A stretch of DNA of 64,000 nt. It comes from Clostridia bacterium (lineage in GTDB: Bacteria > Bacillota > Clostridia > JAAYHZ01). Under the pieces are notes generated by a model. It was given only the letters and a program-made list of their open reading frames with translations. It had not been told where the DNA came from and did not search any database. The stretch's first letter is position 1. The number at the start of each line of letters is the position of its first letter. The stretch is from contig JBMNIH010000002.1 of NCBI GenBank assembly GCA_050950825.1, positions 64,001-128,000 on the forward strand, in the 5' to 3' direction. Shown piece by piece: positions 25,594 to 35,637 of the stretch. Position numbers and translations under genes: made by a program.

Positions 25594-26121
25594 TCAAGCT
25601 TTCGGATTGATAATGATACCGATGCTTTTTCCTTCCATTTTCGGGTTCTTATCAATCTCACCGTACTCCTTTAATGCTTCCGCAAATTTCATGAGGACTT
25701 CTTTACCCGAATCCATATAATTCATTTCTCTGCCTCTGAATTTTACCGTCACCTTAACTTTATCTCCATCCTGTAAAAATTTCGAGGCATTTTTCACTTT
25801 GAAGTTGAAGTCGTGTTCTTCGATTTTGGGCTTTAACCAAATCTCTTTTACCGAAACAACTTTCTGTTTTTTCTTGGCATCTTTCAGCTTCTTGTTTTGT
25901 TCAAAAATGAACTTGCCGTAATCAATGATTTTGCAAACCGGCGGCGTTGCTTTAGGAGTCAGCAGTACCAAGTCCATTCCGTATTCATCGGCTTTCGCCT
26001 GTGCTTCGCTGATTGACATGATCCCTAGCTGCTTGCCGTCGTTTGTTACAACCCTCACTTCTTTTGCTCTAATTTGATCATTGACTAAATAATCAAAATT
26101 TTTGCCGTCAACCTTACTGAT
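25594..26121 (-). CDS. infC: Translation initiation factor IF-3 (non-AUG start, ATC 26121 or ATT 26124)
   Basis: NDQIRAKEVRV, PPVCKIIDYGKF, DKVKVTVKFRGRE; SD GGAGGT directly upstream of ATT-ATC. Confidence 0.95.
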   Translation of the reverse strand: MSKVDGKNFDYLVNDQIRAKEVRVVTNDGKQLGIMSISEAQAKADEYGMDLVLLTPKATPPVCKIIDYGKFIFEQNKKLKDAKKKQKVVSVKEIWLKPKIEEHDFNFKVKNASKFLQDGDKVKVTVKFRGREMNYMDSGKEVLMKFAEALKEYGEIDKNPKMEGKSIGIIINPKA

Positions 26122-26134
26122 AATAACACCTCCA

Positions 26135-26245
26135 TGAAATAAAAAAAGTGGACACACTTATCCACCTCAATGAAAACACAAAAGCGTTTTATTTACCGAT
26201 ACAAAGCAATTTTCGTACGGTGAGAAGTGGATCTTCTACTTCATT
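26135..26245 (-). ncRNA. L20 leader
   Basis: AAGTAGAAGATCCACTTCTCACC ... GAGGTGGATAAGTGTGTCCACTTTTTT upstream of infC-rpmI-rplT. Confidence 0.8.
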
Positions 26246-26253
26246 TGATAAAC

Positions 26254-26282
26254 ACTCTAACATAAGGTTTTACGGTTGTCAA
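26254..26282 (-). promoter_or_regulatory. SigA promoter of the infC operon
   Basis: TTGACA-17 nt-TAGAGT with extended TG. Confidence 0.65.
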
Positions 26283-26404
26283 CAAAAAATTTTACATAAA
26301 CCCGATTTCTTCGGGCGATCCCTTGCCTTTCGCTATGTTCTATGTAAAAGAAGATGACAACAATTCAAATGAAAGAAGCTGCCATCTTCTTTTTTATTCA
26401 TACC

Positions 26405-28000
26405 TTATACCATCGCTTCGGCACCGATGCTTTTTGTATGCCGGGCCGTGACGATCCACGAGCTTTCTTTATCGGACAGAACAAACCATTCGAACGAAAT
26501 TTTCTCGCCCGGCTTAACGTCAGACTTCAAAATGGTTTTATTCATACCCCCAACAAGCCTTCCTCCCTTAGGCTCCGCTAAGCTTATCTCAACAGGGGTT
26601 TTTGCGGATCGACCCTTTGAAGCAATCATACCGTTGGCAGGAAGCATACCTTTGTTGGTCAAGGTTCCCGTTATTCGGTATAAATTTCCCTCCAAATGCT
26701 CCTTTTTCATGTTTTCGAAAACGAAACGAGGACACATCATGGCATGCCGGATCAAGCCTTCGAAAGCCTTCGGGGGTACCGTATCATTTGGAAAGCTCAG
26801 TCCGTATGCATTCGCCGTGGTGATACCGCCGATTTCCACCTTTCCGATTTGGGGATGATCAAACTCGGTCCAAGGATAAAAGAATTCCGTTCCTCTTTCA
26901 TCGTGAAATTTTAAAAGCTCCAAAACATATTTGTCGTTGTTTTTGTAAAAGTCCTTGGTCATCACCATATCAATGGTATTACGCCCCATTTGGTTGAAAC
27001 CGTTTCCCAATTCCATGGAATAAAAGCTGATACCCAGCATAAAATGTACAAACTCGTCCGAAGTGCCGCCGTAACCGGATATGAGGGGCTCGGTTTCATA
27101 ACGATATCCGCTGACCAAATAAGGAAATCCGGTCGCTTCGCTTATGGCGTTCCCTACTTTTTTCATCAATTCCAGGTCTTCTTTATCGTAAAAGTCATCC
27201 GGCAAGCTGCCCGGTCTAAAAACGGCATTCGAACCGTTGTGAATGTCTATACCCGCAAAAATGTTGGGCCTTGACAAAAGAAAATCCGCTACACTTTTTA
27301 TTTCCTGTTCGCTTAACGGATATTTTCCCGCTAACGGGTTATTCGGCTGCCAATAAACGGGATAATTACGATTAAAGTCAACGACGGTGCTTTGGGGATT
27401 GTAAAATTCCCCTCCGGAGTAATCGTGAATAATCCCTTCCGTATAAACTTTGTAAAAAGGACCTTCCGTATCGTCGCTTTTTCTCGGTACCATATATCTC
27501 GGATCGTCCGGATGCGGTTTCATGTTGCCGTCATCGCACCGGATCCTCATTTTCAATATCTTTCCGTCTCCGTTAATATCCTTCGGAATGATATGATCCT
27601 TGACATAATGCACGGTTGCTCTGCTTCGAACCACGTATTTTTGCTTTACGGCCAGTTCCGCACCGTCAGGATTAACGCGGGGAACAATGTAAAAAGCCAT
27701 ATCATTTAAAAGGTCTCGATATTGCGGATCACTGCATATTTTTTGCGCAAAGTAAAGACAAACGGTTGTGCCCTCCGCTTCATTGGAATGGACATTGGCT
27801 TGCATGTAATAAGCCGGCTTTTGGTCATGTTTTTTCTCTTTGGATGATATAATCAGCAAAGGCAAATCTCTTCCTTCGAAGGATGTTCCAATCGAAGAAA
27901 CCTCAACCAGGTCGGGATAGGCATCCGCTAAAATCCTTATGGCTTCAATCATTTCGTCGTAGCCGTAGAAACCGTCCAGCTTAATATTCATCGCTTTCAA
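26405..28000 (-). CDS. M14 family zinc carboxypeptidase
   Basis: SIGTSFEGRDL, ANVHSNE (HxxE), VNPDG, DFNRNY, DIHN. Confidence 0.88.
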   Translation of the reverse strand: MKAMNIKLDGFYGYDEMIEAIRILADAYPDLVEVSSIGTSFEGRDLPLLIISSKEKKHDQKPAYYMQANVHSNEAEGTTVCLYFAQKICSDPQYRDLLNDMAFYIVPRVNPDGAELAVKQKYVVRSRATVHYVKDHIIPKDINGDGKILKMRIRCDDGNMKPHPDDPRYMVPRKSDDTEGPFYKVYTEGIIHDYSGGEFYNPQSTVVDFNRNYPVYWQPNNPLAGKYPLSEQEIKSVADFLLSRPNIFAGIDIHNGSNAVFRPGSLPDDFYDKEDLELMKKVGNAISEATGFPYLVSGYRYETEPLISGYGGTSDEFVHFMLGISFYSMELGNGFNQMGRNTIDMVMTKDFYKNNDKYVLELLKFHDERGTEFFYPWTEFDHPQIGKVEIGGITTANAYGLSFPNDTVPPKAFEGLIRHAMMCPRFVFENMKKEHLEGNLYRITGTLTNKGMLPANGMIASKGRSAKTPVEISLAEPKGGRLVGGMNKTILKSDVKPGEKISFEWFVLSDKESSWIVTARHTKSIGAEAMV

Positions 28001-28052
28001 ATCTCCTTTATATTTATATAATACTTCATTCCATTTTTTCGTAACGTTATGA

Positions 28053-28790
28053 CTACATATCTTTTAAAGACTCTTTAAAAGATTGAAATGCAGCCTGTGC
28101 ATCAATGTCTTCCTCATAAGACCCGATTGAAAACCATCCGTCAAAGCTGCGGGCCAATAATATGGACGCCATTTCCTTTACTTCCGCGTTTCCCGTTCCG
28201 GGTAACACCGCCTTTTTCGTTTTGTAAAGGCAATCGTTTACCCTCATGATAAGAATATCGTTTTTCAATCGACTTCGATAGAATCGGTGAAAGAAAGGAT
28301 GTACCTTCTCCTTAACATATTCTGCGGGATTAAAAATGAATTTCGGCTTTACCGTAAGATCGTTCTTGAATAAATCTTCAAAAAAGTTAATAACAGCGGT
28401 TTCTCCCGCACGGTTTTCCACTAAAACATCAATGTTATAAGCTTTTGCAACGGTACACAATTCGAAAAAAGCATCCTGCTTTCCCGGGTCCGTAGCAATG
28501 TCCAAATCCATTAAAGGCTGTACGCACTTGACTCCGAGTAATACCGCTCTTTTAAATAATTCTTTATGGAAGTCGACTTCATAATACGGAACCTCGGTAT
28601 GAATATTGATAATGATTTTCTGGCTTTCGATGAGTAAGTTTCGTATGTCCTCCAAATGATCCCATGATATAAAGTCACCGTCTTGGAATAAGAAGTTTCC
28701 CGTTTCCAGATAGTTAATTTTCATACTATCGGCCTTATCAACCAACTTCGTTAAACTCAACGCCTTATCGTATATGCTGTACTTAAACAT
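28053..28790 (-). CDS. Sugar phosphate isomerase/epimerase-like TIM barrel, degenerate metal motifs
   Basis: VLVEN, FNPAEY, RVND, LPGTGNAEV, FDGWFSI pattern of the xylose isomerase/AP endonuclease 2 fold. Confidence 0.6.
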   Translation of the reverse strand: MFKYSIYDKALSLTKLVDKADSMKINYLETGNFLFQDGDFISWDHLEDIRNLLIESQKIIINIHTEVPYYEVDFHKELFKRAVLLGVKCVQPLMDLDIATDPGKQDAFFELCTVAKAYNIDVLVENRAGETAVINFFEDLFKNDLTVKPKFIFNPAEYVKEKVHPFFHRFYRSRLKNDILIMRVNDCLYKTKKAVLPGTGNAEVKEMASILLARSFDGWFSIGSYEEDIDAQAAFQSFKESLKDM

Positions 28791-28801
28791 GTTTTTCCCC
28801 C

Positions 28802-29653
28802 CTATATTACGCAGATTTCACATTGATCGTCTTCACAGCCGTTACCATGATAGAGGCTTAGGTCGATCTCGTCCGAGCCGTATAGCTTCCTAGACCAGTT
28901 ACACGAATTGCATACCTCCTTTTCGCAAATGAAGAATAAGGGATCCTTTTCCAATACGCCAAGACCTATTTCAAATAAGTCATTGATGTTCATGATTTTA
29001 ACCGATGCAAGCCCGATATATCCTTGAATTAATTTGCCCTTTCGTCTTAAATAAGGGGTCAGCTTTAAAAAATCTCGATGCCCCGGGGGGAATTTCTTTA
29101 AAGTAAACGTTTTTTTATGATAATCATGAATATACGTAGGTGCAGGAATATCAAGCGTTCTTAAGTACTTTGCATCAATGGCCTCTTCTAACGAATGCAT
29201 AATGGTGTTCCTGTCCATATCCACCCCTAAAAGCATTACTTTTGCATCAAATTCCCGCAGTTTTAAATACGGAGTTCCTTCTCCGCAACCGGTTTCACAT
29301 TTATCATGGTCCGCCGTTATATATTCGGCATTCTTTCCAAAAGCGGCAACGGAATGAACGGGATGCAAGCTTCTTTTAACCCCCGGCATTTTTCTGAACA
29401 CTTCCGAAATAATCCCTACCGCCGACGGTGTTTTTTCAGGGTCAAAGGCTTTATCCCACATTGTTAATGTGGACATTACCAAAGTACCTTCTTCGCCTAA
29501 AAGATCCAACAAAGCTCTGATAACCGTCGCAGGACCTCCGTCTACCTTACCCATGGAAGACAATGCGCTATGGACCAGTAAAGTATCCCCTTCTTTGATG
29601 CCTAAAACACGCAAGTTCGTTACTATGTCTTCATACCTTACAACCTTCTCCAT
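28802..29653 (-). CDS. AAC(3) family (YokD-like) N-acetyltransferase
   Basis: LLVHSALSSMG, RSLHPVHSVAAFG, LLGV..DRNTIMHSLEE; Cys-rich tail. Confidence 0.9.
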   Translation of the reverse strand: MEKVVRYEDIVTNLRVLGIKEGDTLLVHSALSSMGKVDGGPATVIRALLDLLGEEGTLVMSTLTMWDKAFDPEKTPSAVGIISEVFRKMPGVKRSLHPVHSVAAFGKNAEYITADHDKCETGCGEGTPYLKLREFDAKVMLLGVDMDRNTIMHSLEEAIDAKYLRTLDIPAPTYIHDYHKKTFTLKKFPPGHRDFLKLTPYLRRKGKLIQGYIGLASVKIMNINDLFEIGLGVLEKDPLFFICEKEVCNSCNWSRKLYGSDEIDLSLYHGNGCEDDQCEICVI

Positions 29654-30350
29654 GATAACCCATCTCCTCTACAATAACCGCTCTGCAAGGCGTGCAGCTT
29701 GTTCCTTCAATCTTTAAAGGAAGAACCGTCAGTTTGCACCTTACAGAACTTATTTTATGTAAATTTACACATGGTGCCAACATTAAAATGTTCGCATCAT
29801 AAAAAGCTTGAAAAAATCCTTCCGATTTCCTTATGTTATCCCAGCGCGGGAAATCGCTTCCTAAAAGATACGGTTTCAATGAAATCAAATATTCCATAGC
29901 CTCTTTTTTAATATACGGAGACTTGTCCAAAAAATATTCCTTCTCCCAAGCGGCACCCCAACCCGTACTTAAGAGGATGGCACTGCCTTCACAGGGAGAA
30001 TCCTTTTCCAAAACGTCTTTCAGCATGGAAATCGTAATGCAAGCTTGTTCCTTTTTTTGCTCTGATTCTTCAAAATACCGCTCCAAATGTACGATCGTAC
30101 AATTCATTTCATACAGCTTTTCGACCGGAACATCGGTTATAAGGTAAGACCGGTCATTGCCAAAATAATGTGCGGGAGTTTCAAGGTAGGTCCCGGTTTG
30201 GGAATGAAGACCTTCGAATATTTCGCAAAATACTTTTCCCTTGACCCAAGGAACTTCCGGAAGAGGTTGGAGACAAAATTTAGGGAAAGGCGGTTCGTAG
30301 TTCCACATACCGGTATAAACAGAGCCTGTAATGTCGGTGATTTTTTTCAT
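29631..30350 (-). CDS. Cyclase/kynurenine formamidase family protein
   Basis: HSQTGTYLETPAHY, LLSTGW, LGSD, LPLKIEGTSCTPCRA; SD AAGGGAG before ATG 30350. Confidence 0.82.
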   Translation of the reverse strand: MKKITDITGSVYTGMWNYEPPFPKFCLQPLPEVPWVKGKVFCEIFEGLHSQTGTYLETPAHYFGNDRSYLITDVPVEKLYEMNCTIVHLERYFEESEQKKEQACITISMLKDVLEKDSPCEGSAILLSTGWGAAWEKEYFLDKSPYIKKEAMEYLISLKPYLLGSDFPRWDNIRKSEGFFQAFYDANILMLAPCVNLHKISSVRCKLTVLPLKIEGTSCTPCRAVIVEEMGYHGEGCKV

Positions 30351-30442
30351 TCGAAAACACTCCCTTTTGTTACCATTCATGGTCATTTTGATTGTACCAT
30401 ATTCATGCATTTTTATCATTAGGTGCATGGAAATTTTGGTGA

Positions 30443-30471
30443 TTGCGACTTTTTTCCTGAACGATTATAAT
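30443..30471 (+). promoter_or_regulatory. SigA promoter of the UROD-like gene
   Basis: TTGCGA-17 nt-TATAAT. Confidence 0.6.
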
Positions 30472-30500
30472 GAAGGAAAACGAATCCAATGAGGTATATT

Positions 30501-31649
30501 ATGGACAAGCAATTAGATCTTATGATTCGCTATCTGGAAAATAACAAAGAACAATACAAAGAGGCGGTAAGAAAGCAATACCGGTTTTGGACGGAAGAAA
30601 CGGAAGATGCACCGCCTTTGCTGCTGCAGCGAAAAGATATGCCTGATTTAGGTTTCGCTCCGAATTCCTACGATTTTGAAGAAATACAATACGATGATAG
30701 GAAAATGCTTTACGCAGGGCTTCGCGGAGCTTTAACAGCCGCCGGAGATTCGGTTCCCTCCATTCGAGCCAATAAAGGCTGCGGCATCTATGCCAACTTG
30801 TTAGGGGTAAAATCCGATTACTTTCCGGATAAAATGCCTTGGGTCAAACAGCATTTGACGAAAGAACAAATATCCGCTATGGAACCGGATTCCGTTTCCT
30901 TTAACGACCAATTTAAAAAAGGCCTGGAAACCATGGCTTATATGGCGGAACGTTTGAAGGGTACCGGATGCTTGGTGTATCCTTTGGATTTGCAAGGAGC
31001 CGTAGATACCGCTCATCTGGTGTACGGCGACGATTATTTTTACGATCTTTACGACGATCCTCCTTTTATTCATCATCTGATGAATATCACGGTGCAGGCT
31101 CTTATTAAAGGCTGTAAAGCGGTACTTGATTTGCTGGACGAAACCGGCAACACAAGCTTGGATCATCTTTCTTTTATACCTCATTATAACAACCTGATCA
31201 TACCGAAATCGAAAGGCGGGCTCAAATTCAGCGAAGATACCACCACTCTTTTGAATCCCGACCAGATCGATGAGTTTGCCATACCGTACCTTGAGCAAGT
31301 ATCCAATGCCTTTAATGGCGGCTATGTACACTACTGCGGGAAGAACAACCATTTGTATGAACGGATAATGAACATACCTTCCGTATGCGGCATCAATTTC
31401 GGGAATCCCGAAAAGCACAATATGGAGGAAGTTTTAAATCGTTGCGCTCAAACCGGTAAAGTATATTACGGCGATTTGAGCCATGTCGGCATAGGGAAAG
31501 ATCTTTTCGACTATTTTTACAAATGCTTGAAGGCTTCCTATAACGGTCGATCCTTTAAATTCTTACCCGTTTATTCTTGCTATTCTCATGAGATTCCCGA
31601 TGTAATAAAGACTTGGAAGGATGCGGCCAAAGCCGTTATTGAGGGTTGA
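30501..31649 (+). CDS. Uroporphyrinogen decarboxylase/MetE-like barrel protein
   Basis: DLQGAVDTAHLVYGDDYFYDLYDDP, SEDTTTLLNP, VHYCG; start 30501 or 30489. Confidence 0.65.
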   Translation: MDKQLDLMIRYLENNKEQYKEAVRKQYRFWTEETEDAPPLLLQRKDMPDLGFAPNSYDFEEIQYDDRKMLYAGLRGALTAAGDSVPSIRANKGCGIYANLLGVKSDYFPDKMPWVKQHLTKEQISAMEPDSVSFNDQFKKGLETMAYMAERLKGTGCLVYPLDLQGAVDTAHLVYGDDYFYDLYDDPPFIHHLMNITVQALIKGCKAVLDLLDETGNTSLDHLSFIPHYNNLIIPKSKGGLKFSEDTTTLLNPDQIDEFAIPYLEQVSNAFNGGYVHYCGKNNHLYERIMNIPSVCGINFGNPEKHNMEEVLNRCAQTGKVYYGDLSHVGIGKDLFDYFYKCLKASYNGRSFKFLPVYSCYSHEIPDVIKTWKDAAKAVIEG

Positions 31650-31847
31650 TTATCATACACGGCATTTGAGAAAAAAGGAACTTTGTAAATAAAAGAGAAA
31701 CGTTTTGAATACAAAAGGCGGCTTTATCGGCTGCCTTCTCTTTTTTTCTCCGGTAAAAACATATTATTGAACATTTTTACCGATACTTAACCGAAGTACC
31801 GGTCCGAACGTCAAAAATTGAAGACCGGTATCATCGGTGTTGTTTTT

Positions 31848-33041
31848 CTATTGAGTATTTGAAATCTCTTCCGACCTTGTATCCTTTTTTGCTTCTCTGC
31901 AAGCTTCGCAAGGATAATATCGGTTAAGCCAATCCAACTCGGTACGCTCATCGTTCCGTTCGTACCATCCTTCACCATGAAGTCGGTTAATCCTTTGAAA
32001 GTACTCCTCGTACATGCCGCTGATTCGGTCAAGCGAATAGTTCTTTATCGCCCACTCCCTGCAAGTTTCGGGTTTAATTCTCCAAATGTTATTCACAGCC
32101 CAACAAAACTCTTCGAAAACCCTGCAGCGATAACCGGTTAAACCGTGGAGGACCGTTTCGGGAAAAGCTCCCCAATCGCTCGTGATTACAGGAGTCCCGC
32201 ACATTTGTGCTTCCACATTAACACCGCCAAAGGGCTCAAGATAATAAGTAGGCATCAAGACGGCTTTTGCATTCCCTAGAAGTTTGGCTCTTTCTTCCGG
32301 ACCTACGGCAGGATGATAAACGATATGCTTTTCATTACTCAAATGAATGCCTTCGTTCGGGTCTTCCAAAGAACCTTGGCCTACAATGTACAATAAATTG
32401 TTTGTAGCTTTTGCAACGTCAGACGCTACTTGAACACCCTTACGATGGATGATTCTGCCGAAATACAGCAAGTAATCTTGCTTTTTAGGCCGGAAGGGGA
32501 AATCCTCAGGTTCGAAATAATTGGGTATAACGGCATCGTACCATACGCCGTCATCTTGATTGATCAATCCGTAAATATAATGCATCCAAGCGTATGACTC
32601 GAATACACGAAAACAGGAGAATACTCCGGTATAACCGATTCCGGGTTCTACCGTTATAAGGTCAACGGCATCGGCAACGGGCTTTTGATAATTACCCATA
32701 GGACATAGCAATATATCTTGAGGTTGTTTGCGTTCCAATATAGCTTTTATGGCATTTTGATTAAAAGATTGGTGAGCGAAATCATGGGGATCATGTTTAA
32801 AGAATGTTCGGGATCTGTCATAATCTCCGTATGTTTGCGAAAGAATATCTTGCGTTAATACCGGAATAAATTCATCGCATAAAACATCGGATCCTTCGAC
32901 GCCGTAGAAATAGATGGTGTGTCCGTACTTTTTTAGCATTTTCGAAAGCTTTATGATTTTCTGGGTATAAGCACATGCTGAATTTTTTCTGTTGGTTTCT
33001 AAATGAGCCAATCCTAATAAATGAAATCTTAAGTGTGACAT
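31848..33041 (-). CDS. Glycosyltransferase family 4 (GT-B)
   Basis: YFGRIIHRKG, EPFGGVNVEAQMCGTPVITSDWGAFPE. Confidence 0.9.
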   Translation of the reverse strand: MSHLRFHLLGLAHLETNRKNSACAYTQKIIKLSKMLKKYGHTIYFYGVEGSDVLCDEFIPVLTQDILSQTYGDYDRSRTFFKHDPHDFAHQSFNQNAIKAILERKQPQDILLCPMGNYQKPVADAVDLITVEPGIGYTGVFSCFRVFESYAWMHYIYGLINQDDGVWYDAVIPNYFEPEDFPFRPKKQDYLLYFGRIIHRKGVQVASDVAKATNNLLYIVGQGSLEDPNEGIHLSNEKHIVYHPAVGPEERAKLLGNAKAVLMPTYYLEPFGGVNVEAQMCGTPVITSDWGAFPETVLHGLTGYRCRVFEEFCWAVNNIWRIKPETCREWAIKNYSLDRISGMYEEYFQRINRLHGEGWYERNDERTELDWLNRYYPCEACREAKKDTRSEEISNTQ

Positions 33042-33107
33042 ATCTTACCTCTCAAAAGTTTTTATGTAGGTTACGGGCTATGTTAAACATACCCCGTAAG
33101 ATCCTTT

Positions 33108-34028
33108 TTAAGAAATAACTTCCACAAGACAGGTGGAAACGGCTATTTGGTTACCCAAGATAGCAACACCAAATGCGGTTCTCGTTACCAACTCATTATC
33201 TGTTGAACTGCCTCCGGCACTAACATTTACATTGGTACCGGTTCCAACAAAGGATTGCAGTGTAGCTCTTACACCGGCTTCACATTCCGCTTCACATCCG
33301 GTCGGTAGCGGAGAAGGCGGGTCTAAGAAAGAAAAATCGGTGAAGTTGTCATTGCCTGTCAGAGAGATAAATGCAATCCGACATATACTAATGCGTTCGG
33401 TTATAGTTCCTGCATCATTGGCTAAGTTGAAAATCGTATTATTCGTGATGCTGTGAGGTCTTCCGCTCACGGATCCGCCGGTGTCTATATTCACGACAAT
33501 ATTCGATGTCGGGAATCTCGTGATGATTTGCATAATGAGATTCTTCATTTGTGCAATACATGCGCAAGTAGCATCGGATCCCGGAGGTCCCTGAGGACCT
33601 GTTGCACCCGTTGCTCCGCTTGCTCCGCTCGGACCGGTAGCACCCGTTGCGCCGCTTGCCCCGCTCGGACCGGTAGCACCCGTTGCGCCGCTTGCCCCGC
33701 TCGGACCGGTAGCACCCGTTGCGCCGCTTGCTCCGCTCGGACCGGTAGCACCCGTTGCACCGATTGCTCCGCTCGGACCGGTGGCTCCCGTTGCTCCGCT
33801 TGCTCCGCTCGGACCGGTTGCTCCCGTCGCCCCGGTTTTTCCTCTTAAACCCATCGGACCGGTTTCGCCTTTCGGACCGGGAGGGCCGGGCGGGCCGGAA
33901 GGGCCGGGTATACAACAACAGCAATGGCATAAATTATCACAGTAGTAAGAACATTTCCATACGTTCATGCCGTTTCTGACCTCAACAAGTTTACACTCGA
34001 CATTAAAAATAGGTTTATGCTTATTAAT
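33108..34028 (-). CDS. Collagen-like, Cys-rich spore-surface (BclA-like) protein
   Basis: [10 protein letters not shown] followed by a Gly-X-Y tract and a Cys-containing C-terminal domain; start uncertain (ATT 34028, GTG 34037 or ATG 33968). Confidence 0.85.
   Translation of the reverse strand: MNKHKPIFNVECKLVEVRNGMNVWKCSYYCDNLCHCCCCIPGPSGPPGPPGPKGETGPMGLRGKTGATGATGPSGASGATGATGPSGAIGATGATGPSGASGATGATGPSGASGATGATGPSGASGATGATGPSGASGATGATGPQGPPGSDATCACIAQMKNLIMQIITRFPTSNIVVNIDTGGSVSGRPHSITNNTIFNLANDAGTITERISICRIAFISLTGNDNFTDFSFLDPPSPLPTGCEAECEAGVRATLQSFVGTGTNVNVSAGGSSTDNELVTRTAFGVAILGNQIAVSTCLVEVIS
33595..33830 (-). repeat. 36-bp tandem repeat encoding [12 protein letters not shown], about 6 copies
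   Basis: Repeated GGACCGGTAGCACCCGTTGCGCCGCTTGCYCCGCTC. Confidence 0.9.
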
Positions 34029-34050
34029 AGTGATCACCTCCTTTTGCTAA

Positions 34051-34080
34051 CAGTATATGAACAGGGAGGTGTTAGTGTGT
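34051..34080 (-). promoter_or_regulatory. Putative mother-cell (SigK/SigE-type) promoter
   Basis: ACAC...CATATACTG immediately upstream of the collagen gene SD. Confidence 0.5.
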
Positions 34081-34347
34081 ACGAACGGATCCGAGAAAAA
34101 ATTATTATGTAAACAACAAAAAAGGAACATTTGAATGAACTGCTAATAGAGTTGAAAAAAAATCGGGTAGGAGACTACTCATTAATTGAGTAGCCGTCCT
34201 CCCACACCACCGTACGTACCGTTCGGTATACGGCGGTTCAACAAGAGTTCAATTTCTTAAGCAAGTTCAGCTATAAAGCCAGTGTATCCGCGCTTCTGAA
34301 GGCGCTCGTTCGTAATGGTTTGTGAAAGTATGGGGCTATTGGCAATT

Positions 34348-34415
34348 CTCCAGTAGCCTTTTCTTGTATTGGCAAATTTCCCTCCAGTAGCCTTTTCTTG
34401 TATTGGCAAATTTCC
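34348..34415. repeat. Perfect 34-bp tandem duplication
   Basis: CTCCAGTAGCCTTTTCTTGTATTGGCAAATTTCC x2. Confidence 0.95.
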
Positions 34416-34985
34416 ATGCTTTCTGTCTGTCCAATCCCAGTTTCACTAGATTTTGAAAACGGGTACGGATTTTCTTCCATTGTTTCCAGATACACATTCG
34501 CAGTCGCCTGCGTGTCCATTCATCCAGTGAACGTGCGAGAGATTTCATGTCCGCAATTCTGAAGTAGTTGACCCATCCTTTGATGAGTTGCTTTATCTTC
34601 TGCAGGCGAACGTCTATACTCACCCCGTTGCTCCTTGATGTTATGTTGCGTATCTTTTCCTTTAATCTCTCTACGGACTTTTTGTGTACCCGGATTCTCA
34701 CGCCTTCTTTCCCGTGATAGAATGAGAATCCAAGGAACTTTCTCTTCCACGGTCTGTCAACCGCGCTCTTCTCGCGGTTAACTCTTAACCTCAGTTTTCC
34801 TTCCAGAAATTTAGTGACACTCTGCATCGTGCGTTCAGCCGCTTTCCTGCTTCTCACATAAATATTGCAGTCATCAGCATAACGGCAGAATTTATGTCCC
34901 CTCTTCTCCAGTTCTTTATCCAGTTCGTTCAGCATAATGTTGCTTAACAGGGGACTGAGTGGTCCGCCCTGTGGGCATCCTTCTT

Positions 34986-35033
34986 CAGTTTCGATTACGA
35001 CCCCGTTTACAGTTTCGATTACGACCCCGTTTA
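34986..35033. repeat. Perfect 24-bp tandem duplication
   Basis: CAGTTTCGATTACGACCCCGTTTA x2 (NGVVIETV-NGVVIETE). Confidence 0.95.
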
Positions 35034-35613
35034 TCATGACGCCCGCTTTCAGATATTCCCGGATAAGCTTCAGTACCCTCTTGTCTTTTACCCTCCTTGC
35101 CACCAGCGCCATGAGTTTATCATGGTTCACAGTATCAAAATATTTCGCAAGGTCGATGTCCACTACCCAGTCATACCCTTCATTTATATATCCCTGTGCT
35201 CTTTTTATTGCTTGGTGAGCACTTCTTCCCGGCCGAAATCCAAAGCTGTTCTCCGAGAATTCAGGGTCAAATATGGATGCAAGTACTTGGGCAATGGCCT
35301 GCTGAACCATCCTGTCGACTACCGTGGGAATCCCCAGTAACCTGACTCCTCCGTCCGGTTTCGGTATCTCCACTCTCCGAACGGGCTTGGGACGATACGT
35401 CCCTGCCTTCAATTCCCCGATTAGATTATTGCCCTTCTCTTTCAGGTATGGCAGAAGTTCATCCACCTTCATACCGTCAATTCCATGGGAGCCTTTGTTC
35501 CTTACCACCTGTTTATAGGCAGCGTTCATGTTGTTTCTACTCAATATCTTCTCGAGCAAATCAAAGGTACTTACTTCTCCATTGTCCTGTCCGTTTGTTT
35601 CCGCCGGAAGGGT

Positions 35614-35637
35614 TCTCCGCACTCCTCTCCGCACTCC
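35614..35637. repeat. Perfect 12-bp tandem duplication
   Basis: TCTCCGCACTCC x2 (GVRR-GVRR). Confidence 0.9.

Noticed and set aside
28802-29653. Acquired aminoglycoside resistance gene
   Set aside because: Embedded in a chromosomal metabolic cluster with no mobile context; family membership does not imply resistance
33595-33830. 36-bp repeats as a CRISPR array
   Set aside because: Contiguous, no spacers, and encode collagen Gly-X-Y
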